64,000 bases of DNA from an uncultured Planctomycetaceae bacterium (GCA_963815195.1 CAWFGE010000006.1:64001-128000); one strand, 5' to 3'. Shown: positions 1 through 9,690, numbered from the stretch's first letter. Notes: generated from the sequence alone by a model not told the origin. Program-made: numbers and translations.

Positions 1-294
1 GACGGCGGCGTTGATTCGATTGCTCAACAGAATCGACCGCCGGCCGTTCAAATGGTTCAAGGCGTCCAGCGACATCTGGCATTTTTCGAAATTGCCTTCG
101 CGGGCCGCGGTGAGAAAATCATCTATCCTCAGGGCGATCTCGATGCACAACTCCAATCGCTTCGGCCACAGCGAGGCGGCATAAGGGTTGAACATCCCCA
201 ACCGAAACAGCAGCCAACCGACGAACAAGAACCCCGCAACAAGAATCACTGCCGCCGTGATCAAATCCAGACTGCTCGCTTCCGATTGAATCAC
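1..294 (-). CDS. Hypothetical membrane-anchored protein, runs off the window edge (partial)
   Basis: Open minus frame read by hand: VIQSEASSLDLITAAVILVAGFLFVGWLLFRLG... (one TM segment), no stop before position 1; start uncertain (GTG at 294 or 363). Confidence 0.45.
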   Translation of the reverse strand, partial: MIQSEASSLDLITAAVILVAGFLFVGWLLFRLGMFNPYAASLWPKRLELCIEIALRIDDFLTAAREGNFEKCQMSLDALNHLNGRRSILLSNRINAAV

Positions 295-855
295 GAGGGG
301 CGTGTCGTTCCCGGACGGCGGTGCGGAGAATCCGGGGGATGATTTGCGGCGAGGCGGCGTCACGGACGGGCCGCGCGCTTGTGGGCCGCCTTGTCCATTG
401 GGGCCGGGTTCCTGAGGCAGAATCCGTCCGGGACGTTCGGTGCTCCCCGATTCGGACGGGAAGGGATCGAACGGCAGCGGACCATTGGGGCCCGTCCGTT
501 CCCCGCTGCCCGATTCCGCGTGCGGAAGCCGAAAAGGAATTGGCAGGCTAAAGGGCCGCGGCCGCTCGGCGCTGCCCGATTCTTGAGCGGCGGCGGTTCG
601 CGGGCCTTCGCTGACCGGGGATTCCAAGAAAACACCTGCGAATCCCAAGCCGATCATCAACCAAAGAGCGCGGTTCACGGTCTTTTTGCCTTTCGTCTCG
701 CGCCGAAGAGACTGGTTCCCATCATCCAATGTAGCGGATTTCGGAAGCCGGGACCAAATTGTTTTTGCCGAGTTTTGACCGGCGGCGATTTTGAACCGGC
801 CGAAAATCCGCGGCCCAAACATCCGAAAGGTCGCATGACGCCGCTATTATTTGCG

Positions 856-1989
856 CTAGGCCCGCGACGAAAACCGAAACGGTTCGGTCGTGATTTCATA
901 ACCGGGGCGGAGGCCGATGTTGAGGAGCAGGCCCAACGCGAGACAGGTGGCGAGGAGGCTCGAACCGCCGTAGCTCATCAAAGGCAGCGTCAAACCGGTG
1001 ATGGGCATCAGTCCCACGGTCATGCCGGTGTTGATGATGGTTTGAGCCGCCAGGAGCGCGATGATCCCGACCGCGAGCAACCGGCCGAAGGGTTCGCGCG
1101 TGGCAGAGGCGATTAAGAGGCCTCGGACGAAGAGCGCGGCATACAGCCCGATCGCCAACAGCGTCCCGCCCAGGCCCCAGCGTTCGCCGATGAGGCAGAA
1201 GATAAAATCCGTCCGCCCGGCGGGAAGGTGGTAGGCAAACGGGTCGTTCATCGTCATCCCGGCCCATTCACTGCCCCACACGCCGCCGAAGGCCAGCACC
1301 TGTTTCGATTGATGCAGATGATAGCCGTCGCCTCGCGGCGCGGGGCCGCCGTCTTCTTGGGTGAAGAGCGTGACGACCCGCGATTTCTGCTCGGCACTCA
1401 TCCCCCACCAAAGCGCCGGCAAACACAGGGCGCCCAACAAACACACCGCCGCCAAATGCCGAGGCCGGGCCCCCGCGGCGAACAGCATCGCGAACAAGAT
1501 CGGAAAGAACACCAGCGACGTGCCCAGATCCGGCTCGCGGAGAATCAAACCCACCGGGACCAGCGTCAACAAAAACGGCACCAACAGGCCGAACCAGCGG
1601 CGGTAATTGCGGCGGTACATCAGATAATCCGCCAGCGTCAATATGTACGCGAGCTTCGCGAGTTCCGAAGGCTGCAAATTCACCGGCCCCAAATAAATCC
1701 AGCGGTGCGAACCGTTCCGGGCCGGCAGGAAATACACCAACAGCAACAGCAGCAAGCTCAGGCCGAACATCGGCCAGGCAAAATATCTGAGCAACCGATA
1801 CGAAACCGCCGAACTCGCCAAAAGCACAGGCACCGCCAACAGCACCCACACCACCTGGCGATTAAAAAACCGCCCGCGTTCGGTCAGTTCATCGCCGCGG
1901 GCAATCCCCGAAAGGCCCAGGAGCATCAGTCCCAAGGCACAAACGAGAATCGTCCACGGAACGCGGCGCGTCCAATCCCGAATCCTCAA
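856..1989 (-). CDS. rodA: FtsW/RodA/SpoVE family SEDS peptidoglycan glycosyltransferase
   Basis: 377 aa polytopic; motifs [50 protein letters not shown]. Confidence 0.9.
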   Translation of the reverse strand: MRIRDWTRRVPWTILVCALGLMLLGLSGIARGDELTERGRFFNRQVVWVLLAVPVLLASSAVSYRLLRYFAWPMFGLSLLLLLLVYFLPARNGSHRWIYLGPVNLQPSELAKLAYILTLADYLMYRRNYRRWFGLLVPFLLTLVPVGLILREPDLGTSLVFFPILFAMLFAAGARPRHLAAVCLLGALCLPALWWGMSAEQKSRVVTLFTQEDGGPAPRGDGYHLHQSKQVLAFGGVWGSEWAGMTMNDPFAYHLPAGRTDFIFCLIGERWGLGGTLLAIGLYAALFVRGLLIASATREPFGRLLAVGIIALLAAQTIINTGMTVGLMPITGLTLPLMSYGGSSLLATCLALGLLLNIGLRPGYEITTEPFRFSSRA

Positions 1990-2034
1990 AAAGGATCCTC
2001 CTTCAATGAGGGCCTGTCCATAAGCCGCCTTTAG

Positions 2035-2099
2035 TGAGCGGCTGGGCGCTCGCCGCCGGCCTTTACACGAGGAATCGGCGGCGAGCGCCCAACCGCTCA
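2035..2099. repeat. REP-like intergenic inverted repeat
   Basis: tgagcggctgggcgctcgccgccg ... cggcggcgagcgcccaaccgctca; related element at ~40936-41018. Confidence 0.7.
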
Positions 2100-2229
2100 G
2101 ATCTCTTTCACTCCGGCACCGTTATGTAATGGATTTCCCTATTTGAGGGAACACAGGTTTCGGCTTGGCGGGCAAAGTCCGCGACGGCGAGTTATGCTGC
2201 GGTCGTACCAAACCCGTTTTAACCGCGGG

Positions 2230-2386
2230 GGGGTGGCTGGGGCGCAAGAAATGTTCCAAGGAAAAAGGGGATTTGAGGCCTGGGGCGGTGTGAGATTTTT
2301 CTCGCCCGACCACAGCCCCAGCTTTCGCAATTCAAGCCCTCTTCAAAGGAGGATTGGTGCCCCAGCTACCCAACCGCTTACAGTTT
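2230..2386 (+). mobile_element. ~155-bp dispersed MITE/REPIN-like element, copy 1
   Basis: Aligns by eye end-to-end with the reverse complement of 23566-23721; inverted ends gggtggctggggcgca / tgccccagctaccc. Confidence 0.65.
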
Positions 2387-2459
2387 GGGGCACCATGGAC
2401 CGAATCATGGGCGAAAGCCTCCTCTTAATTCTCCACTGTCAGTTTGAGTCGAAAGGAAT

Positions 2460-3489
2460 TTGAGCGTGGTGCGGTTTTTAGGTTTGGACATTGGCGGGGC
2501 GAATCTGAAATTGTCAGACGGCGAAGACATTGCGAAGTCGGCCGCGTTTCCGTTATGGAAAATGCCCGAGCGGTTGGCGGAGGCGCTTGGGGAGTTGACC
2601 GAAAACATCCCGGCGGAGGGGTTCGCGGTGACCATGACGGGCGAGCTTGCGGACTGCTTCGAGACCAAGGCCCGGGGCGTCAATTCTATTCTCGCCGCCG
2701 TGGAAGATGTCGCGGGCAAGCGGCCGGTGTTCGTGTGGCAGACGGGGGCGGAATTCGTCTCCCCCGAAGTTGCGCGGGAGATTCCGTTGTTGACCGCCGC
2801 CGCGAATTGGCACGCCCTGGCGACATGGGTGGGGCGGATGGCACCGGTGGGGCTGAGTTTGATGTTGGACATGGGCAGCACCACGACCGACATTGTTCCC
2901 ATCTGCAACGGCGTGCCGATCCCCGCGGGCTTCACCGACCGCGAACGGCTAAAGACCGGCGAACTGGTTTACACCGGCGTCCGGCGCACGCCGCTGTGTG
3001 CCGTGGCCCAGTCCGTCCCTTTTCGTGGAGAACTCTGCCCCGTCGCGGCGGAGTTCTTCGCGAGCACGCTCGATGTTTATCTGCTCCTGGAGCAGATTGC
3101 GGAAGACGAAACCGACTCCGCGACGGCCAACGGAAAACCCGCCACACGCGCAGCCGCTCACGACCGCTTGGCCCGGATGATCTGTTGCGATCGCAGCGAA
3201 GTGCTTCAACAAGATGCCCTCGGCATGGCGGCTCACTTCGCGGCCGCGCAGCGCCGGCAGGTCGCAGGTGCGATAAAACGCGTTCTGTCGCAGCACGAGG
3301 AGCCGGTTTCGCAGGTGATTCTCTCCGGCAGCGGCGATTTTCTGCTTTCTAGAGTCTGCGATGAACGGGCCTCCTTCCAAGCCGCCGAGCGGATTTTGCT
3401 AAGTGAGGTGTTTCGCGAGGACATCGCCGAAGCCGCGCTGCGCATTTGCGGTTGCAAGACTCGCCGCCGAGCGAGTGCTGCTCGATTAG
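2460..3489 (+). CDS. mfnF: Hydantoinase/oxoprolinase-family H4MPT/methanofuran-linked C1 protein (MfnF/Orf9-like); probable 1-nt insertion near 3438
   Basis: GLDIGGANLK, AVTMTGELADCF, AANWHA, DMGSTTTDI, ELVYTGVRRTP. The family-like C-terminus ACAFAVARLA* is in the shifted frame (stop 3487-3489); the unshifted ORF runs to 3560. Confidence 0.8.
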
Positions 3490-3677
3490 CCACCCGCGCG
3501 GACTGCTTTTTCATCCATCAGGCGGGCGGTTTTCCGCGCGTTGTCTCCGGAAAAGTCTGAGATTTGACCGCGAACCGGTCGAGTTTTCCACGGTGCCGCT
3601 CCGTGGCATACAAATTGCGTTTGAGGGGTCTTGATCCACAACGTCGGGCACTCAGGCGATATCAAAGGGAATCTGAC

Positions 3678-4040
3678 ATGGCAAATTCGACATTTCCGCA
3701 AGCCGAGGAACCGCCCCGGACCATCGAGTTCCGTAAGGCGTTGGTGCATTTGAAGGGACGGTCGGCGGGCGAGATCGAGGTTCCGATTTTCGTCGGCTAT
3801 TCCCGCGATCTCGACTGCGACTTGGGGGAACTCTTCCTCCGCGTGGAAGGTGAGCCGCGGTTGCTACGGCCGATGGCCCGCGAGTATTTGGACGGAAAGG
3901 TGCGGTTGAGGTATTTCTCAAAGCACGTCCAGGAAACGGGAAAGTTGCCGGGCGAACTCCAACTCCACTGGGGTGGAACCCTTGACGACGACGCCGGAGG
4001 AATGATCCTGCTGTTTCGGGAGGCGCGAGGAAATGGTTAA
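3678..4040 (+). CDS. Hypothetical protein (120 aa)
   Basis: ATG 3678 with upstream aaaggga; globular-looking ORF. Confidence 0.55.
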   Translation: MANSTFPQAEEPPRTIEFRKALVHLKGRSAGEIEVPIFVGYSRDLDCDLGELFLRVEGEPRLLRPMAREYLDGKVRLRYFSKHVQETGKLPGELQLHWGGTLDDDAGGMILLFREARGNG

Positions 4041-4065
4041 GGGTCGCTCTTATTGCCGCATTATC

Positions 4066-4164
4066 AGCCGCAGGGATTAGCCGCAGGGATTAGCCGCAGG
4101 GATTAGCCGCAGGGCGGTAGCCCTGGTTCCTCAAGACAACCGGAGGCTACTGCATTCCGGCTGA
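4066..4164. repeat. 13-bp tandem repeat (agccgcagggatt x3.8) merging into a REP-like imperfect palindrome
   Basis: Copies at 4066, 4079, 4092, 4105; the last continues agccgcagggcggtagccctggtt...aaccggaggctactgcattccggct. Confidence 0.8.
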
Positions 4165-4186
4165 CAACCACCCCGGCCGGCGATCG

Positions 4187-5405
4187 CTATTCCGATTTCG
4201 CAAGCCGGGGGGCTAAGACCTCTTTGGACAGGCGGATGATTTCGAGATGCTCCACGTCGCGGATCGCGGCGCCCAGATCGCTGGGGAGTTCGGCCGCCGG
4301 TTCCGCTCCTTTGGCTTTCAACCGAAAGTCCACGACAAACGCTCCCGCCTGGAGGCCGGGCGAGACGAACTCGGGCGGCCACAGGGCGCGGACGACCTTG
4401 CGGAAGTGCTGGGCCAAGAGAAACGTTCCCACCATCGAAAACCCGCCCATCACGACTTCCGCCACGCCCTCCGCCGGGCGGTAGCTGTAAAAAATCAACG
4501 CCGGCTCGCGATCACTGTTGGAAGGGATCATCTCCCAAGTGCCGGGTTCGCGTTCAAAGTAGATTCCCGGCTCCTCGGATGAGATGTGTTGGCCGCTGAG
4601 ATCCGCCGCCAGCACGCGGCCGCCGTGGCAGGAGGGCACGTTGACGTCGGTGTCGCGGTATCGATAAAAGAACGGGCACGCGCGGTCGCCGGGCTTCGAG
4701 ACGCGGTCCTGCGTGCCCCAAGGCGTTGCGGAAAACGCCCGCGCAATCGCCAACTCGCAAAGTCCGTTGCTTTTGACGGACCCCAAACACACGAGGGCCC
4801 GGCTGCCGGGGATGCCGTCGAACCGTTCATAAGCCGACGTCGCCTCCTCCTTCATTTGCTGGAACTCCGCATCGCGCTCGGCGGGTTTGGCTTCCTGTGA
4901 CCTCATGGAGCAGCTTCCGCACCATGTACTGGTCGAACCGCGGCGCGAGGTCGGCGGGAATCGGCTGCGGAACGAGCGGCGCATCTTGAAGCGGTTCGTC
5001 CGGGGCGAGCGAGCCCTGCTCGGTGCCGTAGAGTTCGTGCAAAAGCATGCCCTGCAAATACGAATCGGAGGCCGGGATCCACAGCAGCCCGGTGTCGTGC
5101 ATTTCGTGCCGAACCCCAAACGACATCACGAGCACCTGGCGTTCTGCGAGGAATGCCCAAAAATTTTCCGGTTCAAGCGAAAAGAGCCGGCCCGGTAAAT
5201 CGTAAGAAGAGAGGTGATGGGTATTGATCAAGTAGTCGCAAATCGCCCCCAGGCTGTTGAGCGAGAGATATTGCACTTCGTTTTTCAAAAGCGCCGAGAC
5301 CTGATGCCGCTCGAGTCCGGTTTCTTCCGAAATTTTTTTAATGGTGCCTCGTCCGGTGTCCCGGAGTTCGTTGAGGAGTTCCGCGAGTCGAAATCTAACT
5401 TGCAT
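4187..5405 (-). CDS. XRE/Cro-C1 HTH transcriptional regulator with large C-terminal domain (~405 aa); frameshift near 4915, probably an indel
   Basis: N-terminus MQVRFRLAELL..TIKKISEETGLERHQVSALLKNEVQYLSLNSLGAICDYL is a typical XRE HTH. ORFs 4827-5471 and 4187-5119 join if one base is removed at cggaagc. Confidence 0.7.
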
Positions 5406-5697
5406 AGGAAGCCTCTTATGGCGGTTTATTCTCCACAGAAACCTATGGCGGTTTGTTTTCCCAAAAGACACGGCTTTGGGCAGGAAGGACGCCGAAAGGA
5501 CGCACGAGTTGTCACTGTGTTCACTTTAGGATCCTTCATGGTTCATAAAAAAACAACAACGCAAGTATTTACTGAATAATATGTTAAGGCGTTAGACCCG
5601 AAGGTCTCCTGAAAGGCGCGATCCATGAGCCTTTCGTTTGTGTCAAAGTTTGCCGATTGATCCAAACAAGTCAACATTTCCGAATTGTAGATTTTTT

Positions 5698-5714
5698 TTC
5701 CGAAACCGTCGGAA
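5698..5714. promoter_or_regulatory. Candidate operator palindrome in the AT-rich divergent promoter region
   Basis: TTCCGA-AACCG-TCGGAA; a further TTCCGA half-site at ~5678; lies between the divergent HTH gene and the Ub-like cluster. Confidence 0.3.
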
Positions 5715-5797
5715 TTTTCTTGATTCCCGATTTGGGCAAGTTACCATGATTCTCAATGTCATACCAACGGTCGCTCGCCGTTAAGGAGGTCAAGCTC

Positions 5798-6196
5798 ATG
5801 ACATCGAATCCCCCTCCCGTTGAACAGTGGGACCCTTTCTTTCGCGACGTGCAGCTCAAACTGGTCGACCGGCTGGGCCTTCAAAACGTCGTTATCTCGG
5901 TGGGGCGTCACAGAGGCTCCAACGGGAAAGTGGAGGTGAGCCTCTTCAACCAAGTTTCCTCCTCGGACGCGTCGGAGCGGGACCCCACGATCCAATGCCC
6001 CGCGGATCCAAAAATCGCCGCCAATGAACTCCCGAAGGAAATTCAAGCAATCTTAGACACGTTGCTGGCGGGTTGTTCGGTCAATTTCGGAGACATCTAC
6101 TTTTTTGTGAACCGAGGTTGGCTGCGGAAAACCATGTTTACCGTCTCCGCCCGGCCGGACGAATCCTCGTATCCTTTCTTCATTGTCAACATTTGA
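5798..6196 (+). CDS. Hypothetical protein (132 aa), first gene in the direction of the Ub-like cluster
   Basis: Strong RBS aaggaggt upstream of ATG 5798 (ORF open from 5756); C-terminal helix-beta-beta weakly reminiscent of DUF2292. Confidence 0.6.
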   Translation: MTSNPPPVEQWDPFFRDVQLKLVDRLGLQNVVISVGRHRGSNGKVEVSLFNQVSSSDASERDPTIQCPADPKIAANELPKEIQAILDTLLAGCSVNFGDIYFFVNRGWLRKTMFTVSARPDESSYPFFIVNI

Positions 6197-6432
6197 TTGG
6201 GAGATTGTTCCGGTCACTCGTCGTTTGGGCAGCTGCTCGCTGCAAACCGAGGTGACCGCCCGCTCTTTCTGATTCTGATCTTCCCCGGAAAGAGTTGCAA
6301 CAACTTTATCCTTGGATGACCCGCGTTTGCAAAACGAGGTCGGCCAATTGTTTCGCCCCATCCCCCGCGGAGGGTGGCGAAAGACTGGCCGGCCTCGTTT
6401 TTTTTGGCCTCTCGCCTAAAGGAATTTTTGAC

Positions 6433-7029
6433 ATGACTCTGCTCTCCCCGCATTCCAAGGCCTGGAGCCTGCGAAAAGAAAAAATCCTCCAGGTCCTCGG
6501 GGACTTCTCCCAGAAAAGTCCGGCGATGTCCTTGTTGAGTTTCGAAGACACCGGCGACGAGGTGCGGGGGATTGTCCAGTTCGAGACCGAGACCCTGGTG
6601 AAACTGCCGGGGCAAGACGTGCAACTGGCCGGTCCCGTGGTCGCCGGGATTCGCTATCACCACCTGTTCCAATCGCAGGCCCCCGTGCCCTGGGAACTCG
6701 TCACGATCCTGTTCCCGATGGCGGTGTATCACCCGAACGTGAATGCGGGCGGGGGGTTATGTCTCGGACATCCCGCGGCCAACGTGCCGATGGACTTGAT
6801 TCTCCACATGACCTGGGCGGCGCTGGTGCTCAACACCCGCCTGGTCACGACCACGGATTGGAACGTGTTCAACCGCGAGGCCGCCGCGTTCGTTCGCCAG
6901 CACAAGGGCCGGTTTCCGCTGACCGAACGGGGCCTGTTGGAAGCCGTTCCGCTTCCCGCCGCCGTCTCCCAAACCGCCGTTCAAAACCCGACCGCCCCGA
7001 CCCCGCCAAAGGAGGAAGCTCAATCATGA
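6433..7029 (+). CDS. Ubiquitin-conjugating enzyme E2 (UBC fold, canonical HPN...C active site)
   Basis: FPMAVYHPNVNAGGGLCLGH matches the UBC signature F-x-x-x-(I/V)YHPNV...G-x-(I/L)CL; downstream FNREAAAF matches the N-x-EAA helix. Confidence 0.85.
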   Translation: MTLLSPHSKAWSLRKEKILQVLGDFSQKSPAMSLLSFEDTGDEVRGIVQFETETLVKLPGQDVQLAGPVVAGIRYHHLFQSQAPVPWELVTILFPMAVYHPNVNAGGGLCLGHPAANVPMDLILHMTWAALVLNTRLVTTTDWNVFNREAAAFVRQHKGRFPLTERGLLEAVPLPAAVSQTAVQNPTAPTPPKEEAQS

Positions 7030-7907
7030 TTGCCGCCCAAAAGTCCGCCGTGCGCACCATACCCGATTGCCTGCTCAAATGCGGCTGGTCTCCGCGGGGC
7101 CGATTGCAGAATTCGTTCTGCCTGCAGACGCCCCAAGGCGAAGCCGTGCTCGAACGCCAGCCCGCGAATGCTCAAAGCGGGTGGACGGAATGGATTTTAG
7201 ATAGCCCGCATCTTCCAAAGCCGGAGCCGCAAGGCGTGTTCTCGGCCAATCGCCAGATCGAGGGGCCTTGGAAATTCGTGGTCACACCCGCGGGCGAGGT
7301 TATTTGCCGGGGCGATTTCCCACGGGAGGCGAACGTGACCGACGATGCGTTCGACCTGGCCGCGGGGCGAACCTGGTCGCCTTTGGAATTCTGGGCGGAG
7401 TCGGCGACGCACATCGCCCAAACCGGTTCGTCCTCTCTGGTCGATGCGCCCAAACCGCCGGCTCCGGCCTTGGTGCATTGGCTTAAGGAGCATGGCTTTG
7501 TGGCGTCGGCCGACGGCGAAGCGGTGAAGGTGACGGTTCCGCTCTCCGGCACGTTCCGCGAGGTCGCGGTCGATTGGGGCCAGGATGGAAACGTTCGGCT
7601 CCAAGCCGAGATCGGCCGGCTCGCGGGCTGGCCGGAATCTTCACGCGCCGCCGCGGAGGATTTTCTGGAGGAAGCCAATCGCCGGCTGCGGCTCGTCCGC
7701 GTGGCTCAGCCGGGCGAAGAGAAGGTGTATTGCCTGGAGGCGTGTTTTTGTGCGCCCGGTCCCGGTGTCTGGTTGCAGTCGGCCTTGGATGCCCTCTGCA
7801 CCGGCATGGCGCTCTTAGTTCAGCCGTTGGCCGCGCTCCGGGATCCCGGCGTGGCCGACATGCTCTTGGCCGGCAGTTCGGCCAAACGAAAAGGAGGTGT
7901 CGAATGA
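7026..7907 (+). CDS. Uncharacterised protein (293 aa), possibly with YbjN/T3SS-chaperone-like domain(s)
   Basis: ATGA overlaps with both neighbours (translational coupling); segments FLEEANRRLRLVRV...VYCLEACF and VFSANRQIEGPWKFVV...EVICRGDF resemble the YbjN fold pattern. Confidence 0.6.
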   Translation: MIAAQKSAVRTIPDCLLKCGWSPRGRLQNSFCLQTPQGEAVLERQPANAQSGWTEWILDSPHLPKPEPQGVFSANRQIEGPWKFVVTPAGEVICRGDFPREANVTDDAFDLAAGRTWSPLEFWAESATHIAQTGSSSLVDAPKPPAPALVHWLKEHGFVASADGEAVKVTVPLSGTFREVAVDWGQDGNVRLQAEIGRLAGWPESSRAAAEDFLEEANRRLRLVRVAQPGEEKVYCLEACFCAPGPGVWLQSALDALCTGMALLVQPLAALRDPGVADMLLAGSSAKRKGGVE

Positions 7908-8209
7908 CCGCAGTCTTGGACGCCCCCGTGATCCCGGATGAACTCACCATCGAAGTGAGCGATCCCACGGGGTTCCAGCACGTCACATTGGAAGGGGTCC
8001 GGGCCTCGGCCACCACCAGCGACATTGTCGCGATGGCAAAGGGTGCGCTGCGTTTGCCCCCGAACGTCCTGTGGGACCTTCGGGAAGAACGCAGCAGCCG
8101 CTTGCTGCCGCCCGATTCTCGTATCGGTGATGTGGCCGGGGAAGCAGCCCCGCACGTCAAGGTGACGATGCAGCCGGATGCCGGCCTCGCCGGCCATCGG
8201 GTTTGCTAA
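7904..8209 (+). CDS. Ubiquitin-like beta-grasp protein (YukD/EsaB-like), C-terminus ...QPDAGLAG-HRVC
   Basis: RBS aaggaggt, ATGA overlap; LTIEVSD-TG..VTL (b1-b2), TTSDIVAMAKGALRLP (helix), WDLR..RLLPPDSRIGDV..VKVTMQP ubiquitin-fold pattern; context next to E2 and JAB. Confidence 0.7.
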   Translation: MTAVLDAPVIPDELTIEVSDPTGFQHVTLEGVRASATTSDIVAMAKGALRLPPNVLWDLREERSSRLLPPDSRIGDVAGEAAPHVKVTMQPDAGLAGHRVC

Positions 8210-8388
8210 GGCCCGATCCGCACCCGCCGGCGATGGCGGGCGGGTGCGGGTTTTGATTTCTGCATTTTGTCGGGTCCGCTGTGCGGGCCACGGAATGACA
8301 ACAAAACACCCGAACCATCACAACGAATCTGGTCCGCACAGCGGACCCTACAAGACTGAATCACCCAAACGACAAGGAGCCGACGCCC

Positions 8389-9501
8389 ATGAAAACATCA
8401 ACTTCTCCGCTGGCCTTTGCCGATCCCGCAGCCGGTGCGAATGACGCAAAACGGTTTGGCTACCGCCTGGTGTTCCAGCGGGCGTCCGACGGCAAACGCC
8501 TGGATACAGGCTTCGCCGATCCGTTCTGGCTGGAGAGTCTCAAAGAGCAAGCGATTTTCCAGGCCCAGCGCCGGGGCCTTGTCGCTGCCGATCCCGCGCA
8601 GGCCGTCGTCTCGGAGCATCCGCTATTCGCGGAAAATACCGACGGCCGGCTCAAGGGATTCGCGATGGCCGCGGGCGAAGGGGAATCCTCGCATTGGACG
8701 CATTTTGAATTGGCGTCCGCCTTCTCCGCCCCGGCGGAAACGGCCCTCCAAAAACTTCTGGAAAGCAAACAACTCGGCACCGACGACAAAGTCACGTTCC
8801 AAATCTTCGCCGAGCCGGCGTCCGAAACCCAGGAAGATGCACCGCAAAACCCCGGCGTGCGGGCGACGGTCCAGCGCAATCCGCTGCCGCTCCTCGCAGG
8901 CCGGCTCTCCGATTTTCTCCCCGATGCCAAACCCAGCGGCGAGATGCAGGAGAAGGACCATCACCTGTTTCTGCCGCGAAAGCTGTTCGAGCAGGCGCGG
9001 GACTATTGCTTCAAAACCGGCAAACAGGAAGGCGGGGCGATGATCGTGGCCCGGATGTATCGCCAGACCGAACCGGAGCCGGACCTCTTCGTCGTGGCAC
9101 ACGCGGTCGTGGAGCTTCGCCATGCCAAGCAGTCGCAGTTCGGGTTCGAGCCGACGTCGGAAACCTTCGCGGACCTGGGAACCCAGCTCAATCTCCGGCG
9201 GACGCGGCTGGGTTTTCCAGAAGAGGTGCCCGCGGTTTTGGTGCATAACCATCCGTTCGAGCCGTCGGTCCGCGACGACGGCGAAGCCAACTGCCCGGCC
9301 TGCCCGCTGCAGCAGGAGTGCCAACTGACCTCGAGCTTTTATAGCGCCAGCGATGTGAATTTCCACCTCAGCATGTACGGCAGCCAGCCGTTCGTGGCGG
9401 GGATTGTGATCGGTCTCACGCCCCGCCGGGAAGACGACGTCCGCATGTTCATTTTGGACGGCACCAAAACCCGCGAACGCGGCTTTCATTGGATCGAATA
9501 G
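8389..9501 (+). CDS. JAB/MPN+ metallopeptidase (putative deconjugase) with N-terminal extension and Cys-rich insert
   Basis: RBS aaggag; E in KQEGGAM, HNHP, FYSASD = E...HxH...SxxD JAMM motif; insert CPACPLQQEC between HxH and SxxD. Confidence 0.8.
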   Translation: MKTSTSPLAFADPAAGANDAKRFGYRLVFQRASDGKRLDTGFADPFWLESLKEQAIFQAQRRGLVAADPAQAVVSEHPLFAENTDGRLKGFAMAAGEGESSHWTHFELASAFSAPAETALQKLLESKQLGTDDKVTFQIFAEPASETQEDAPQNPGVRATVQRNPLPLLAGRLSDFLPDAKPSGEMQEKDHHLFLPRKLFEQARDYCFKTGKQEGGAMIVARMYRQTEPEPDLFVVAHAVVELRHAKQSQFGFEPTSETFADLGTQLNLRRTRLGFPEEVPAVLVHNHPFEPSVRDDGEANCPACPLQQECQLTSSFYSASDVNFHLSMYGSQPFVAGIVIGLTPRREDDVRMFILDGTKTRERGFHWIE

Positions 9502-9530
9502 CCCCGTCACAAAAACCTCTCGTCTTCTTA

Positions 9531-9639
9531 AGCCGCGCACGAAGTCAGCGGTTTTCACTTTGGTTTTTCTTGAGCCGCGCACGAAGTCAGCGGTTTTCAA
9601 GTTATCAGAAACTTAGATCCGCTTACTTCGTGCGCGGCT
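9531..9639. repeat. REP-like cluster: 27-bp direct repeat plus inverted copy
   Basis: agccgcgcacgaagtcagcggttttca at 9531 and 9573; ccgcttacttcgtgcgcggct at 9619-9639. Confidence 0.8.
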
Positions 9640-9690
9640 CAGTGGTTTTTTGGAAATTGAATCTTCATCCCCAATTGGAAGGAACGATTT

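Noticed and set aside
4066..4114. Tandem repeats as CRISPR or iterons
   Set aside because: No spacers and no rep gene; simple head-to-tail 13-mer
9531..9639. Possible mini CRISPR array (27-bp repeats)
   Set aside because: Only two direct copies 15 bp apart plus an inverted copy; no cas genes; fits a REP-like element
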